A program made the translations under genes and the position numbers. The notes under the pieces are model-generated. The model searched no databases. It saw only the letters and a program-made list of their open reading frames with translations, and was not told where the DNA came from. From NCBI RefSeq assembly GCF_006345805.1, contig NC_043000.1, positions 123,132,001 to 123,196,000 of the forward strand: a stretch of 64,000 nucleotides of DNA. Direction: 5' to 3'. Within the stretch, counting starts at the first letter, position 1. Each line of letters opens with the position of its first letter. The DNA comes from Octopus sinensis. Its lineage: Eukaryota. Below, piece by piece: positions 1 through 13,719 of the stretch.

Positions 1-57
1 TGCAGGTGTGGCTGTGTGGTAAGAATTTTGCTTCCCAACCACATGGTGCTGGGTTCA

Positions 58-59
<2 letters not shown>
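1..59 (+). mobile_element. 5' fragment of tRNA-derived SINE, truncated by (TA)n
   Basis: GTGGCTGTGTGGTAAGAA...CCAACCACATGG...GGGTTCAGT matches the head of the fuller copy at 45247-45660 (A-box- and B-box-like motifs). Confidence 0.7.
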
Positions 60-98
<39 letters not shown>

Positions 99-865
99 TA
101 TATATGGAAGACAAACGTTAAATGATGACAAGGACTATGTGATATATTATATTGTATATATATTATATATGTATTATATTATGATATAGATTGATAGATA
201 GATAGATAGATAGATAGATACATACATACATAGATACATAGACAGATAGATAGATAGATCATTTCTCCATTACTACATGGGCATCTTTGCATCTATGGAT
301 GTGTGCGTATAAATAAGCCCATATTATAATTTTAATTAAAAATCTGCCAGTTTTAAATTACTTCCATTTCAGTAGCAGGCAACAGCTATTCTGTAATGAT
401 TGAATTAATTATATTAGACAGAGAACCATTTAACTTGTTTGAGAAAGAAAATCAATAAAATCAGTTGAACTCTTCTAGGATCGGTGTGCAGGAGAGAGGA
501 AACACAAAAAAGATAGAAGTGATGAAAAGGAAAATCTAATACACATCATAATGAATGAAAACTGTTTGCTACATAATGTAGATATTTGTAAGAGATCAGT
601 GTATCCTTTGTTTTACTACTGTACCTGTCTTATCTTTCTTGCATTTGCTTTCCTTTTATATACATACTTGCACATTAATCAACAAGAAAGGGATAATTAC
701 TCATAAAAAAAAATTCATCAGTTTTGTTGCTTTAGATTATCTTGTTTCTTTGCTTGCTGCCTTTCCATTTACTTATTTTGAGAATTTGGTATCTTATATA
801 TTCTTATTTTAATAAATATTTGTGATAAACTAAGATTACAATGCTTGCCTGTTACATAGATTTTA

Positions 866-1780
866 AGGATAAATGAGTGGTTAGTGAGAGCTGTACAAGC
901 CATGTATAGGGATGCTGTCAGTGAAGTGAGGGTTGGCAACAAGTATAGTGATGAATTCTGGGTAGAGGTAGGAGTTCACCAAGGATCAGTCCTCAGCCCC
1001 CCTCTTATTCATCATACTCCTCCAGGCAATAGCAGAGAAATTCAAGAGAGCATACCCTTGGAAGCTTCTCTATGCTGAAGACCTTGCTCTAATAGCTGAG
1101 TCACTATCAGAACGAGAAGGAAGTTTCAGGTGTGAAAGCAAAGTCTAGAATCAAAGGGCCTTAGAGTCAATCTAGTAAAAACCAAATCACAAATTCCTTC
1201 AGGTACATGACCCTGCTCAATCTGTAGAAAAGGCATAGGTAGAAACTCCATAAGATGTGCCTGGGTAAGCTATGGACACTTAAGAGGTGCAGCAATATCA
1301 AAGGAAGGCTAACTGGGAAGATAGTTTTTGTGTGTGGCAAATACTCAGGGGTAATAAACACTGAAAATGTGCAGAGAACAGCTTCTGTCACATGTCAGGG
1401 GGAAAAACTAGAAGTAGTTGATACCTTTGGAGATATGCTGTGTTTGAGAAGACACAGCAAGCCAAGTAAGACCATAACTGGGGTCTATGCCAGTCCAGCA
1501 TAACCGGCCCATTTAAGAGTACCCTTCTATCATTGGGCAATAAACTGTGCTTGCAAAGACCTGTTGAGTCAAGAGAAGTCAGTGTCATGGCAGATGCCAG
1601 TACCACCTGACTTGCACCTGTGTCAGTGGCATGTAAAAAGCACCATTCAAGCATGGTCATTGGCTGAGTCGCCTGACTGGCACCCATGCCGATGACATGT
1701 AAAACGCACCATTCAAGCATGGTTGATGCCAGTACCACCTGACTAGCCCTCATGACAGTGGCACATACAAAGCATACACA
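866..1780 (+). mobile_element. Decayed RTE-clade LINE: RT fragment plus 3' UTR, internally deleted
   Basis: Translates to WLVRAVQAMYRDAVSEVRV...VGVHQGSVLSP, then LLYAEDLALIAES (YADD-type motif) and GLRVNLVKTK, with frameshifts. 1450-1580 matches the reverse complement of 63850-64000. Confidence 0.85.
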
Positions 1781-2200
1781 CACACACACACACACACACA
1801 TGCACATATATACACACACATACAGTGGCATTAGGAAAAGGAATCCAGCTGTAGAAACTTTGCCAGATCAGATTGTACTTATATATATATATATATATAT
1901 ACATACACACACACACAGATATGTTTATATATATATAGATGTGTGTGTGTGTGTTTATATTTACACACACATATACATATATATATATATACACACACAC
2001 ACTCACACTTACACACACATATATACTTGTCTGAACATGCTATCGTTAAGGTAACATGTCTTACATTGATTTGATATCATAGTATCGTATTTTCCTATAG
2101 TGAATGTGCATAACTATACATATGGTATGCATGCATGCATGTGGGAATAACACTTGCAAGACATGCAACATGAAGGAAGCTTGAACATCAATAGTGGAAA

Positions 2201-2290
<90 letters not shown>

Positions 2291-3180
2291 ATATATATGT
2301 ATGTATATATATTATATATATATATATATATACATTATATATATTTGAACATGCACACACATACTTCAATGCATTTTTTTATACAGTTAGTAATACCCTG
2401 TCTACATTTGTGTGTAGTGAAAAGCTAAACCCATCTCATTTACATTATTGTCACCCTTTTGATGCAAATTGAACAAAAGAAATGTATTGTTTGTGTTTCT
2501 ATATCATGCAGTTATATAATCAAATAGTCTAACATACAAAATGAAAGTAAAGCAAAGAAAGCTGATATATTTAAGAGCAATATAATCTTAGTATTACTAT
2601 GCTGAAAATAAAAATATTAAAAGTATATTTACTGTTGTTGAAGTAATGAGACATTAATTCTTAGTAGAACACCAGCAAAGCATGCAACAGTTGAAAATGT
2701 AAAATTTAAAGCAGACAGTTTTAAGATGAAATTTTGCAAAGCAGCTGTTAACAGAACATGCATTTAATATTAAAAAACAATAATGATAAGTGAAGAATGT
2801 TAACTGATAAAAGACAATGAAACATAAGATGTAATAAGAGTGAATCCTACTACTGAAAAGTTTCAACACAAAACGTTGTCAGCAACTGAAACATGCTTAA
2901 AACAAAATATTATTTGTATTAATGAAGCAGGAAAAAACACATTATTAATGATAATAAATGTGTAAAAAAAAGTGTAAATGGCTTATATCATCCACAAATA
3001 GCAAATGAAGTTGTAGAGATATTCAAACATACAATGTTTAGCAAATAGAAATTCATATGAGAGGTTACTTGTGTTTACACATGCACATAAACTGCAGTTC
3101 TGTCATGAACACTTCACTCAGGCTGGGACAATATAAAAGAGGTTACTATATATTATTGAGCATGCATTACTGGAAGTCTA

Positions 3181-4065
3181 AAAGGTCTGATCAATAAGTA
3201 TCCGGACTGTAGCCATAGTAACGAAGCTAAAGCCTGTAGAGTGAAACTGCTTTGCACAGATTGACTTTGACCTTTGCTGTGCATGCACAATAAGTTTTAA
3301 CATTCTAGCTCACTTCTGCAGTGTACAGTAGAGTGCTTGGAAGGAAGCTGTGTAGCATGTGATCATCGCATTGACCATGACAGAGAGAGTTGTCATAGTG
3401 ATACCTGCTCAGAGGCATATGCAATGTTGCAGAAAGTGTATGGAGAGGAATGTATGAGCTGCATACAAGAGTACAAGTTGTCCAGATGGCCAAAAAAATA
3501 TTGATATTGACAAATGTTGTGGGTGACCCACAACCAGCAGAAATGAGGAAAACATCACAGATGTGCTTGCAGCTGTGAGAGAAAATTGTTAAATAACCAT
3601 CTAAGAGTTATCAGAGGATGTGCAGATTAGTTACAGTTCAGTTCAATCTGTTATCACTGAAGATTTGGGTTTGAAACACATGTCTGCCAAGTTTGTGCCA
3701 AAACTGCTTTTAGCTGACCAAAAAGCCACTTGGGTTTCAGTTGCACAAGATCTCCTTAATTGTGTCATGAACAATGGAAAATTTTGAAAACTTTGTATAG
3801 GCCTCTGAGCAGTTATCGCCAAACTTTTGACAAAATTTGATGCAGATTCTCCGCTCAACTTTCTCTCTTGTGGTCAATGCCATGATTACATGCTACACAC
3901 CTTCCTTCCAAGCACTGCTGTAAACAGTGGAAGTGAGCTAGAATGTTCAAACTTAGTGCACATGCACAGCAGAGATAAAAGTCAATCTGTGCCAAGCAAC
4001 TTTACTCTTTGTGCTTTAGCTTCATTACTATGGCAACACTCCGGATACTTATTGATCAGACTACG
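3181..4065 (+). mobile_element. Non-autonomous mariner whose right end is an inverted copy of its left end
   Basis: TA on both flanks (3179-3180, 4066-4067). Both ends carry GTCTGATCAATAAGTATCCGGA in inverted orientation. The interior encodes decayed mariner N-terminus (CSEAYAMLQKVYGEECM, EDLGLKHMSAKFVPKLL). About 3781-4065 is the reverse complement of about 3181-3435. Confidence 0.85.
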
Positions 4066-4150
4066 TATAATAAACCTGTGTTTTTTAAATGATATTGAAG
4101 ATATATATGTGTGTGTGTGTATATATATAGACACACACATATATATATAC

Positions 4151-4216
<66 letters not shown>

Positions 4217-4574
4217 GGAATAAGCAAAACCATGGCAGAGCGAATATCTCAAGTCATTTAGAATAGTTTAACTAGGGTAAGGTAAATTTGAAGTATTACA
4301 CCAACTTCTAGAATAACCCAAATGGTAGGTTAGCATGTCCATGCACTGGGTATTCTGCCATCAGAGACAAGGTATGAATGTTTTAGACAGGGAAAATTTA
4401 CAGTTCACAAAGAATAAAATACCAACATTTTGAACCATGAAAAATTTGTATCGGACTTTTGCTGAGTTTTGAATTTTTTAAACATTTTTTTGCAGTTGTC
4501 TGATAATACAGACACAGACTTGCCCAAATGAATCAATAAATTAACATTGATATTTTATCACCGTTGTTATAATC

Positions 4575-4960
4575 ATTGGAAATGGAACTGTCAAGCAAAG
4601 CTGGAGAAACTGCTCACGATATCAACAAAACATTTGATGAGGAAATGACCAGTGAGTGTTCAGCTTAAAAATGGTTTGAACAATTTCACAGTGGAGACCT
4701 GGTCCTTGAAGATCATGAGTGTAGTGGAAGCCCATATGTCATTGACGATGGTTAAAGACCATCATTGAGAAAGATCCACATAAAACCACTTGAGAGCTGG
4801 CAAAAGAACTTCAAGTTAGCCAGAAAAGTGCCTGCATTCAGAAAACCAAAAATGCTTGACAAATGGGTACCACATATTTGAATGAAAATCAGAAAATGCA
4901 CAGATATGAAATTTGCTCATTGCTCTTTCTCCGTAACCAGACCAATCCATTTCTCAACCA
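4575..4960 (+). mobile_element. Mariner transposase fragment (N-terminal HTH to WVPH motif)
   Basis: Translates to KAGETAHDINKTFDEE...KWFEQFHSGDLVLED...ELAKELQVS...LDKWVPH, with stops and frameshifts. Confidence 0.8.
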
Positions 4961-5016
4961 GTGCTGTTATACTAATTGTACTAATATTATGTAATAATAA
5001 TATAACATTATTATTA

Positions 5017-5021
5017 TTACA

Positions 5022-5066
<45 letters not shown>
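5017..5066. repeat. (ATT)n microsatellite just upstream of the putative branch point
   Basis: Trinucleotide run seen directly. Confidence 0.95.
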
Positions 5067-5115
5067 TAATATTATGCTTTACATATTTATGTTCTGTTTT
5101 CTTTTCATTTTATAG
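5064..5115 (+). promoter_or_regulatory. Branch point, polypyrimidine tract and 3' splice site of the neurexin exon
   Basis: TACTAAT at 5064-5070, then a T-rich tract, then TTTTATAG ending at 5115. Confidence 0.7.
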
Positions 5116-5276
5116 GTGACCTTGGGGAATATTTTAATGTGGCCCTCATTGGTGGGGGTGTGGACCTATCGGTAAACCTCGGATCTGGAAAATATGATGC
5201 TAATATCAATCCCCCAAATCAACGATTTGATGACAACAAGTGGCATCTTGTAGAGGTAACCAGAGAATCTCGTGAG
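5116..5276 (+). CDS. NRXN1: Neurexin-1-like internal exon, LNS2 domain (161 nt, phase 1 to phase 0)
   Basis: AG acceptor and GAG|GTAGGT donor. Open frame (G)DLGEYFNVALIGGGVDLSVNLGSGKYDANINPPNQRFDDNKWHLVEVTRESRE aligns without gaps to vertebrate NRXN1 LNS2 as I recall it ([52 protein letters not shown]). Not in the ORF track because it has no ATG. Confidence 0.92.
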
Positions 5277-6559
5277 GTAGGTAGTCTTTTTGTAGATAAA
5301 TTACTTACCATTTAATCTGGACTGTCTCAATTCAAGTCATTAACCTATAGATAGTTTGAAAAGTTTAGATTTATTCATCTACTTCTATGAAAATATGTTG
5401 CTGGTAGTTTCAGTTACTTCTACACTTTTGCTGTGTATACATGGCATGAAACTGGAGGATTAGTTAATGAATTTGATTATTAATAATATTAATTTTTTAT
5501 TTTTTTATTTTGTTTCAGCACTTTGATTTTGTTTTACATTATTTCTATATCTTTAAAATGCTTTTGAGAATTTTACTAAAAAATAAATATTGCTTTTTTT
5601 TTATTAATATATGAAATATAAAGATATTAATATTCATATCAGTAATATTTATTATTTCAAAGAAGAAAAATAATTCTTGCAGCCTTTCTAAGCTATAGTG
5701 CAGTTTATATGATTGGTGACCTTGCAATTGTATGATTTTGAAACATTAATAGGGATTTAAGAAAGAAACATTAATAGGGAATGACTTCTTAGGAGTTGCA
5801 CATTTAGGTGGAAAAAATTGGATTTAGCATAAGTTCTGGGTGGGTGGGGGCAGATGTTATAAGTGAGACAAGGAAAGACAAGAAGGATATTGTGTGTTTA
5901 GATGATAGTGGTAGAGAGTAGGAAATTTCAAAAAGTAGAATTTTTTGAGATACAAATTGAATGATGTAGCTTTTGTCAGTTTTGAAAATTTAAGTTTGAC
6001 ATATCACATGTACCTCAAACATGTTTAATGTCATTTGAGAGGTTTAATTTTCATGTTACTCCTAATTTTTCTCAAGTTTTGTTTGGTACAGATATTCTTT
6101 CCATCACCACCTCGTAGCACTTTTTCACTCAGTATACATGAAGAACTTGAAATTGACTGTTTTATGTTCTCAGTTTTTTTTACTTGCCTTTGCCATATTA
6201 ATCAGTACAGTAGGGCATGTCTGTTGGATCTAGCTATGTGAACTTTACTTATTGGTTTTTACTAAGCTTGGCAATCCTTACGCATCACATTCCAGCTATT
6301 GTCTACATTTCACTTTGTTCCATATTTTTGAAGTATATTATTTATCTTTTATAGATGTTATCTAACCATTCCTTTTGTATAACTGTTTGGTTAAATTAAA
6401 CTTGTCAATTTGATATAAATTGTCCTTTAAGAAAACTAATCCATATCTTGTATTCCCCACAATTATTTACAATATTCTCTTCTATATTCTGTCACAAACT
6501 CCTTCTAATTAACACATTTCTAGCTCATCATATCTCTTTTACATGACACTAACCTATGA

Positions 6560-6680
6560 AGGGGGCATTACTTACGAAGTAGAAAACTAATAGCATAGTC
6601 TTTTATTTCTTGGGACATGGTCAAAACCTTCAAACACACTTATATATCTGCTCCAATGATTTTTGAAAACTGTCATATAT
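6560..6680 (-). mobile_element. Very old LINE RT remnant
   Basis: Minus strand gives FEGFDHVPRN, resembling the RT motif KAFDRVPR. Extent unresolved. Confidence 0.3.
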
Positions 6681-8248
6681 ATCCTAGATTGTGATATATG
6701 TCAATTACTAGAGTACTTTTGTGAGATTATATTGAATGTTAGATTAATTTTAACTGATCAGTTGAACACGATAATTTCTTTTTCTGGTTCTTTTGTTTTG
6801 TGAGTTAATGCTTTAGCCAGTCTTTCTTGGAGTATTGTTATATGAATACTTTCTACTAGAAAATTTAGCCACAAGGTATTTTGGGTATTCTTCTGCTACA
6901 GTAATATTCTGCATTTGTTGATGTGATTAGAATTCATGTTAATATATAACTCTTGTAACTTTCTATGAGTACATTACTTAACCATAATTTTTGTTTGACA
7001 AGGAGCTGTTAGTGTCTAAATTGGTTCAGATGTTAATTTTAAAGTTAAGTTCCTGACCCAAACGGGAACTGTTTTCAAAGAGATCTTGTGGAGAATTTAC
7101 GTCTTCACCACAAGCTGTTTTCTAAGAGTTTGTTCATAGGTAATGTATGTGGCTTCAAAGAAGTTAGAGTTTTGTGTGGAAAATGTTGAATGCAGAAGGA
7201 AAGGGAAAAGTTTCAGTTTATGCACACAGGAGTATGCTAGTTAAACTAAGCTATTAGTGGCAAGAACGAGTGAGAAAAGTTTTAAAAAGCCACAAAGCAT
7301 ATCTAAATTAATGGTGTAAGCATTGAAGTCATTTAACTGGAAACTTTCAGTCAACATGATTTGTAAAAGAAAGATAAAGCACCTTTTCAAGATACTTCTA
7401 GTGAAACTAAATTTGTACAATTATCTGTCAAGAAATGAATATATTATCAGATTAAAATGGTCAGTAAATTATAATCATAATATCCTGACTATGTATGCCA
7501 AAATAATATTCAATTACCTTTGCATTAACAAATATTTTTACATTCTAATTGTTTAATTATTGACATGTTTCTTATACAAAAAGCTTTTGTATTTTAAGAA
7601 TTGAGACTGTCCATGTTTACTATTTTTATTTGTTCAATTATACAGCTAATCTTTGAATTTATTTGTCTATGTTTACAGTGGTTTAATACCTTCATCCTAG
7701 CTTTACTTTTTATTTCATTTTTATTTTCTGTTCTTTTCTTTATTTACCTGACTGAAGCAAAATTATTTCCCATTACTATTGTCATTGTGATTGTTATTGT
7801 GTATTTGTCATTAATTCCCATAATGTAGGTAATGAATTATGCAGAATTTCTTGTGAATACCAGACTCTTTTAAGAAATCAATCAGATAAATATGATAGAG
7901 GCAATTATTTAAGATACAAAATAATGCAGTACCGATTAATATTACCAACATTTTGATATATCTATTCCAAATACACTTAGAAAATTAGTATTAATATCTA
8001 AAGAAGATATAAAAACATTATAGTGTTGATTATGGGGACAGGTTTTGCTAAAATAAAATGTGATTTCAAAATCAAACCACTTATAATATAGTCTATATCT
8101 CACAATATGTCCAATATGATATTGCTAAAATGTAAAATATGGCAATTATGTAGTAAATGATTAATTTTCAATGTATATGGAGTATAAAGTTTTTGTATGA
8201 ACATACATATTAATGTATACTTGTGTGTATGTGGGGGTATATATATAT

Positions 8249-8284
<36 letters not shown>

Positions 8285-8509
8285 CACCTATATATATACA
8301 CCTATATATAGAGTCAATTCAAATAAACAATAATTTTAAACAAACAATTACTTCAAATAAACAAATAAAATTTATGAACGAGAGAATATGCACAAGGAAT
8401 GTATTAGCTTGAGACTCGGTTAAAATTTTGATAAATAGGTAGATAGATAGATAAAGCGTACAGATACAATAGTGCATATTTATATGTGAGGAGTAGATAT
8501 ACAGAAGAG

Positions 8510-9180
<671 letters not shown>

Positions 9181-9625
9181 AAAAATTCACATCCGAAATG
9201 CACTTCCACATAGAATATTACCTAAAGCATGAAACAAGCTATAATGGATGGAGCAAGCAAAATACATTTGAAATATCAAAATTAGACAAATGGTACCAGT
9301 GATATTTCAGATATTCATTTATTGCAGTGTTTCAATAATAATTCTTCATCATAATGGCACTGAATATATCTGTATAATTATATAATAATACACTGTCTAA
9401 TAATCACATTATCAAGAATTTTATAGAATGCAAAATTGCAAATCAAAACACCTCTCACAGATAATAAAAGAAACAGAATAGGAAACAAATTAAATGAGAC
9501 AAACAGGAGGGAGAAGAAAAGAGAGTTATATAAAAACATGCATGTTTATATATATACAGGTTACTAAGCTGGATAAAATAATTGAATGTTAAACACAATC
9601 ATGATATCAATGCAAGATATATATA

Positions 9626-10248
9626 TATATTTAGAAGGTTGTTTGTTATGGCCGATCAAAGAGTAAAGCACCTAGCTGTATAGGCGACTCATCAGACTCA
9701 AATGGCCAAAGACACTTAACCTCTTCATAACTGGAAGGAGGAAAACATCATGGTCAGTTCTGGGGAACAATTGGGAAATTTCAAGCTTGCAACAAGAAAC
9801 ATCCTTGATGAGGGAATTGACTAAACACTTCTTTTTTGGAGTTTATTTGCTTGGCCTAGAAGGCAATAACCCTGTAAAACTTGCTTGACATGGGGGCTTT
9901 TCTAAACTCCAGAAAAGAAGTATTTAGTCAATGCTCTCATCAGAGGTATTTTCTGTTGCCAGCTTGGAATTCCCCATTTGCCAAATAGTAGCATACTACC
10001 AGCTTTGCAAACCATTACAGCTGGAATCAATATAAGGAGGATAGCCCTGCCCCACCGGAAAACTTACTTGTAGAGTTCGTTCTGGATATTTTTGCTTAAA
10101 AAACTAACTGACCATGGTGCTGTCTTCTCTCCAGTTGTAGAGAGTTTATGTGCCTCTAGCCATTTGAGTTTGACAAGTTGCCTACACAGCTAAGAACTTT
10201 AATGGTGCTAAACCAATGACCAGCCATAACAGACACCATTCTAAATAT
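9626..10248. mobile_element. About 620-bp nested foldback element
   Basis: Outer arms about 9626-9759 and 10106-10248 (roughly 75-80% identity). Inner arms 9772-9845 and 9903-9976 (roughly 80%). Confidence 0.8.
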
Positions 10249-10260
10249 TATTACTGTTGT

Positions 10261-10444
<184 letters not shown>

Positions 10445-12235
10445 TATATATATTTGCATGTATGCATATATATATATATGAATATATGTATATGTATACA
10501 TATATATGTATGTGTGTGTGTATAGATATATAATATATCTACTTATATGTATGTTTATATACATACAGATATATGTACATGCATATACGTATGTATGCAT
10601 GTATGTGTCTGTGTATATATACATGTGTATATGTATATTGCTGCTGGTCATCAGGCTGAATATGAGAAATGTGGACATAAGCTGCCAAATTTCAAAACAC
10701 CTAAAAACCTTAATCCCCAAAGTCTGAATGAGCTAAAACTCCAATCTCTAAATGCCATAATGTGAAAAGATTCAAACTGCAAATTTTGAAATAAGTTTGG
10801 GGAAAATAATAAGAAAAATGTGTTTTAAAATTCATTTACATAGTGCTTGAAAAGTCAGTTTATGAAAAATTTATATTAGCATATTTACATTTTCGAATAG
10901 GCTGCTTTAGAATAACATAGGCAAGCAAGATAGAGTAAGCATATTTTCTTGTAGGAAAAAAGTCAAAGTGTATTACAGGGAAACTCTATCATAGACATTG
11001 ACAAGATCTTAAATAATTCAGTTCCTCCATTCGATCTTACATCTCTTTCCATGCTTATATGGGTTCATTCTTTAAATTCTTTCATTTTTGATTATTATCC
11101 TTCTTGTCTCTCAATAAATACATACCAAATGATTAAAAGGCTAAATTTTGATAGACCGAGAACAGGTTCTTGTTTATCTTTCTTCAATGCATAAAGCAAT
11201 ATACAAATATTGTCTTTAGTTTCGCTTATATTTGTTTTGAAAGAAGCAAAAGAAAACATCCAATAATGCGAGAATTTATTTGTTCACTATATCTCACTTA
11301 CCTTTGTAATTCTAACATAGCATAAAAAAAAAGTAAATATAAAAGGTTATCACTATTTGCTCAAAACATATAAATGTTTTAAAAAACTTGAAGCAATGCA
11401 GTTGAGAAGTTTGGCAAAATAAATAAGGTGATGCCAATAAATTAAAGTAAATAGAAGATATTGTATTAACTTATGTAGATTGTTTAATGCTTGTAGTAAA
11501 TTTTTTGGAAAATCCCCATATCAAATATAAGAAAAAAATAATCCGAGAATTCAGAGATAAAAATCACGTTTTGAACAATTTTTACTTTGTCCTTTCTTGA
11601 AATATAATATAAGCATTAAACTACCCATGTAAGATAAAAACAATATTTTCTCTTTGTTCTTATTCATTATCTGTTACATATTTTGCCTAGTTTCTGAACT
11701 TCATTACTTAAAGATTTTTTAAAACATTTATATCAAAATTTATTGTTATGATATGTGCTCAAATAATATTTTTAAAATTGTAATTAAATATTTTTTAAGA
11801 CTATTTTTTTTTTGTTATTAATTATCCCTAAGATATTTTAGGGAAAAATTGGGGATTTAAAGATTTTTAAATATTTTGAAATTTAGCAATTTGATTTTTC
11901 AACATTCTGATATTTTGGAAATTAGAAATTCAGCTTTCTCACATTTGTCCTTATAATGCCAACCCATATGCATATGTATAAGCATCTCCACACACATGCA
12001 TGTACATGCACATACATATATATGTATATGTATGTGTGTGTGTGTGTATTTATGTATATATATATGTGTGTGTGTATATATATATGCATGTGTATATGTA
12101 TATAGGTATATATATATATACATGTGTGTGTGTTACTATATATACAAAATGGCTGATGATTAGCATCACACTTGAAACAATTCTTGGATTACTAACAAAT
12201 TTGAATCAAACTGTTTTGTTTCCATATATATGTGT

Positions 12236-12285
<50 letters not shown>

Positions 12286-12300
12286 CATATGTATATTCAT

Positions 12301-12379
<79 letters not shown>

Positions 12380-12450
12380 TAGATAGATATATATATAGCA
12401 ATAATAAATCTCTGAACGAGATGTAAACAGTAACTGCTTGACAACGTAAA

Positions 12451-12591
12451 GTATACTAGCCATCTCAATATGGCTAACCACAGCCCCAGGAGATCATCGT
12501 CCCCAGCTGGCTTTAGGCACACTTTCTGTATCCTTATGGTATTTGCAAACACCCACCCTTAGTGGTTAGCCATATTGAGATAGCTAGTATA

Positions 12592-12592
<1 letters not shown>
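12451..12592. repeat. 31-bp inverted repeat (1 mismatch) with an 80-bp spacer
   Basis: GTATACTAGCCATCTCAATATGGCTAACCAC versus GTGGTTAGCCATATTGAGATAGCTAGTATAC. Confidence 0.9.
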
Positions 12593-12640
<48 letters not shown>

Positions 12641-12649
12641 ATAATAATT

Positions 12650-13118
12650 ATTATTTGAGGGAATAAAATCCAGACTTACAGGGAAAAAATTTCAATGTAG
12701 AAATACAAAATCAAATTTCATACAATATAATATACATATATAAAAAATTAGAAAAAAAACACCTTTTTTTATATTCAAAATGAACAATTAAATCCCACCA
12801 TCTAGAAAATTACATATAATAGAAATATTAAAATTAGAATAACAATAAAATGTCAATGATTAAGTAAATTGCAAAAAAATAATAAAAACGTATATAATTG
12901 GTAGAATAACACATACGTACATATATATACCTATATACATATACGCATGCATATATACCAATTATATACGCTTTTATTATTTTTTTGCAATTTACTTAAT
13001 CATTGACATTTTATTGTTATTTTAATTTTAATATTTCTATTATATGTAATTTTCTAGATGGTGTGATTTAATTGTTCATTTTGAATTGATAAAAGGTCGT
13101 TTTATTCTAATTTTATAC
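12650..13118. mobile_element. Foldback element with about 165-bp arms plus an unpaired leader
   Basis: Arms about 12738-12903 and 12956-13118, with 3 mismatches in the about 130-bp core. Leader AGGGAATAAAATCCAGACTTACAGGGAAAAA (12658-12688) recurs at 62759-62788. Confidence 0.88.
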
Positions 13119-13139
13119 ATATATATATGTATATATATA

Positions 13140-13201
<62 letters not shown>

Positions 13202-13260
13202 AATGAGGGTGAAAAATCGATATTAATTTAATAATACCATTAATTTAACACCGAGTGGCT

Positions 13261-13301
<41 letters not shown>

Positions 13302-13491
13302 TATGTGTGTGTCTATATATTCACACTATAAATATGTATATGTATATGTATAAATATATCTGTATGTGTGTGCATATATATATATATATATATATGCATA
13401 TGTATGTATGTACATATATATGATATATACATATATAATATTAAATAATAAGGGTGGCTTATTTGCAATTTTACAATCGAAAGGCAGAAAT

Positions 13492-13655
13492 ATATATGTA
13501 ACTAAAGTGACTGAGGTCTCTAGTCAGCACCAGTATTGCTAGAAATAGTAGTTAAAAAAACTCATGCCCACACGAAGCCTTGTGGCTATGAGTTGTTTAG
13601 CTCTTATTTCTAGCAATACTGGTACTGACTAGTAATCTCAGTCATTTTAGTGACA

Positions 13656-13660
<5 letters not shown>
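13492..13660. repeat. Inverted repeat with about 74-bp arms (about 85% identity)
   Basis: 13492-13565 versus 13588-13660, with an exact core ACCAGTATTGCTAGAAATA. Confidence 0.88.

Positions 13661-13719
<59 letters not shown>

Noticed and set aside
5519-5530. Strong-looking acceptor (TTTTGTTTCAG) with a possible 12-nt exon HFDF
   Set aside because: The donor GTTTTA is poor, and T-rich tracts are common here.
11302-11311. Minus-strand TTAG|AATTACAAAG|GTAAGTGAG microexon-like pattern
   Set aside because: It is antisense to neurexin, 10 nt (not a multiple of 3), has no partner exons, and is expected by chance in AT-rich DNA.
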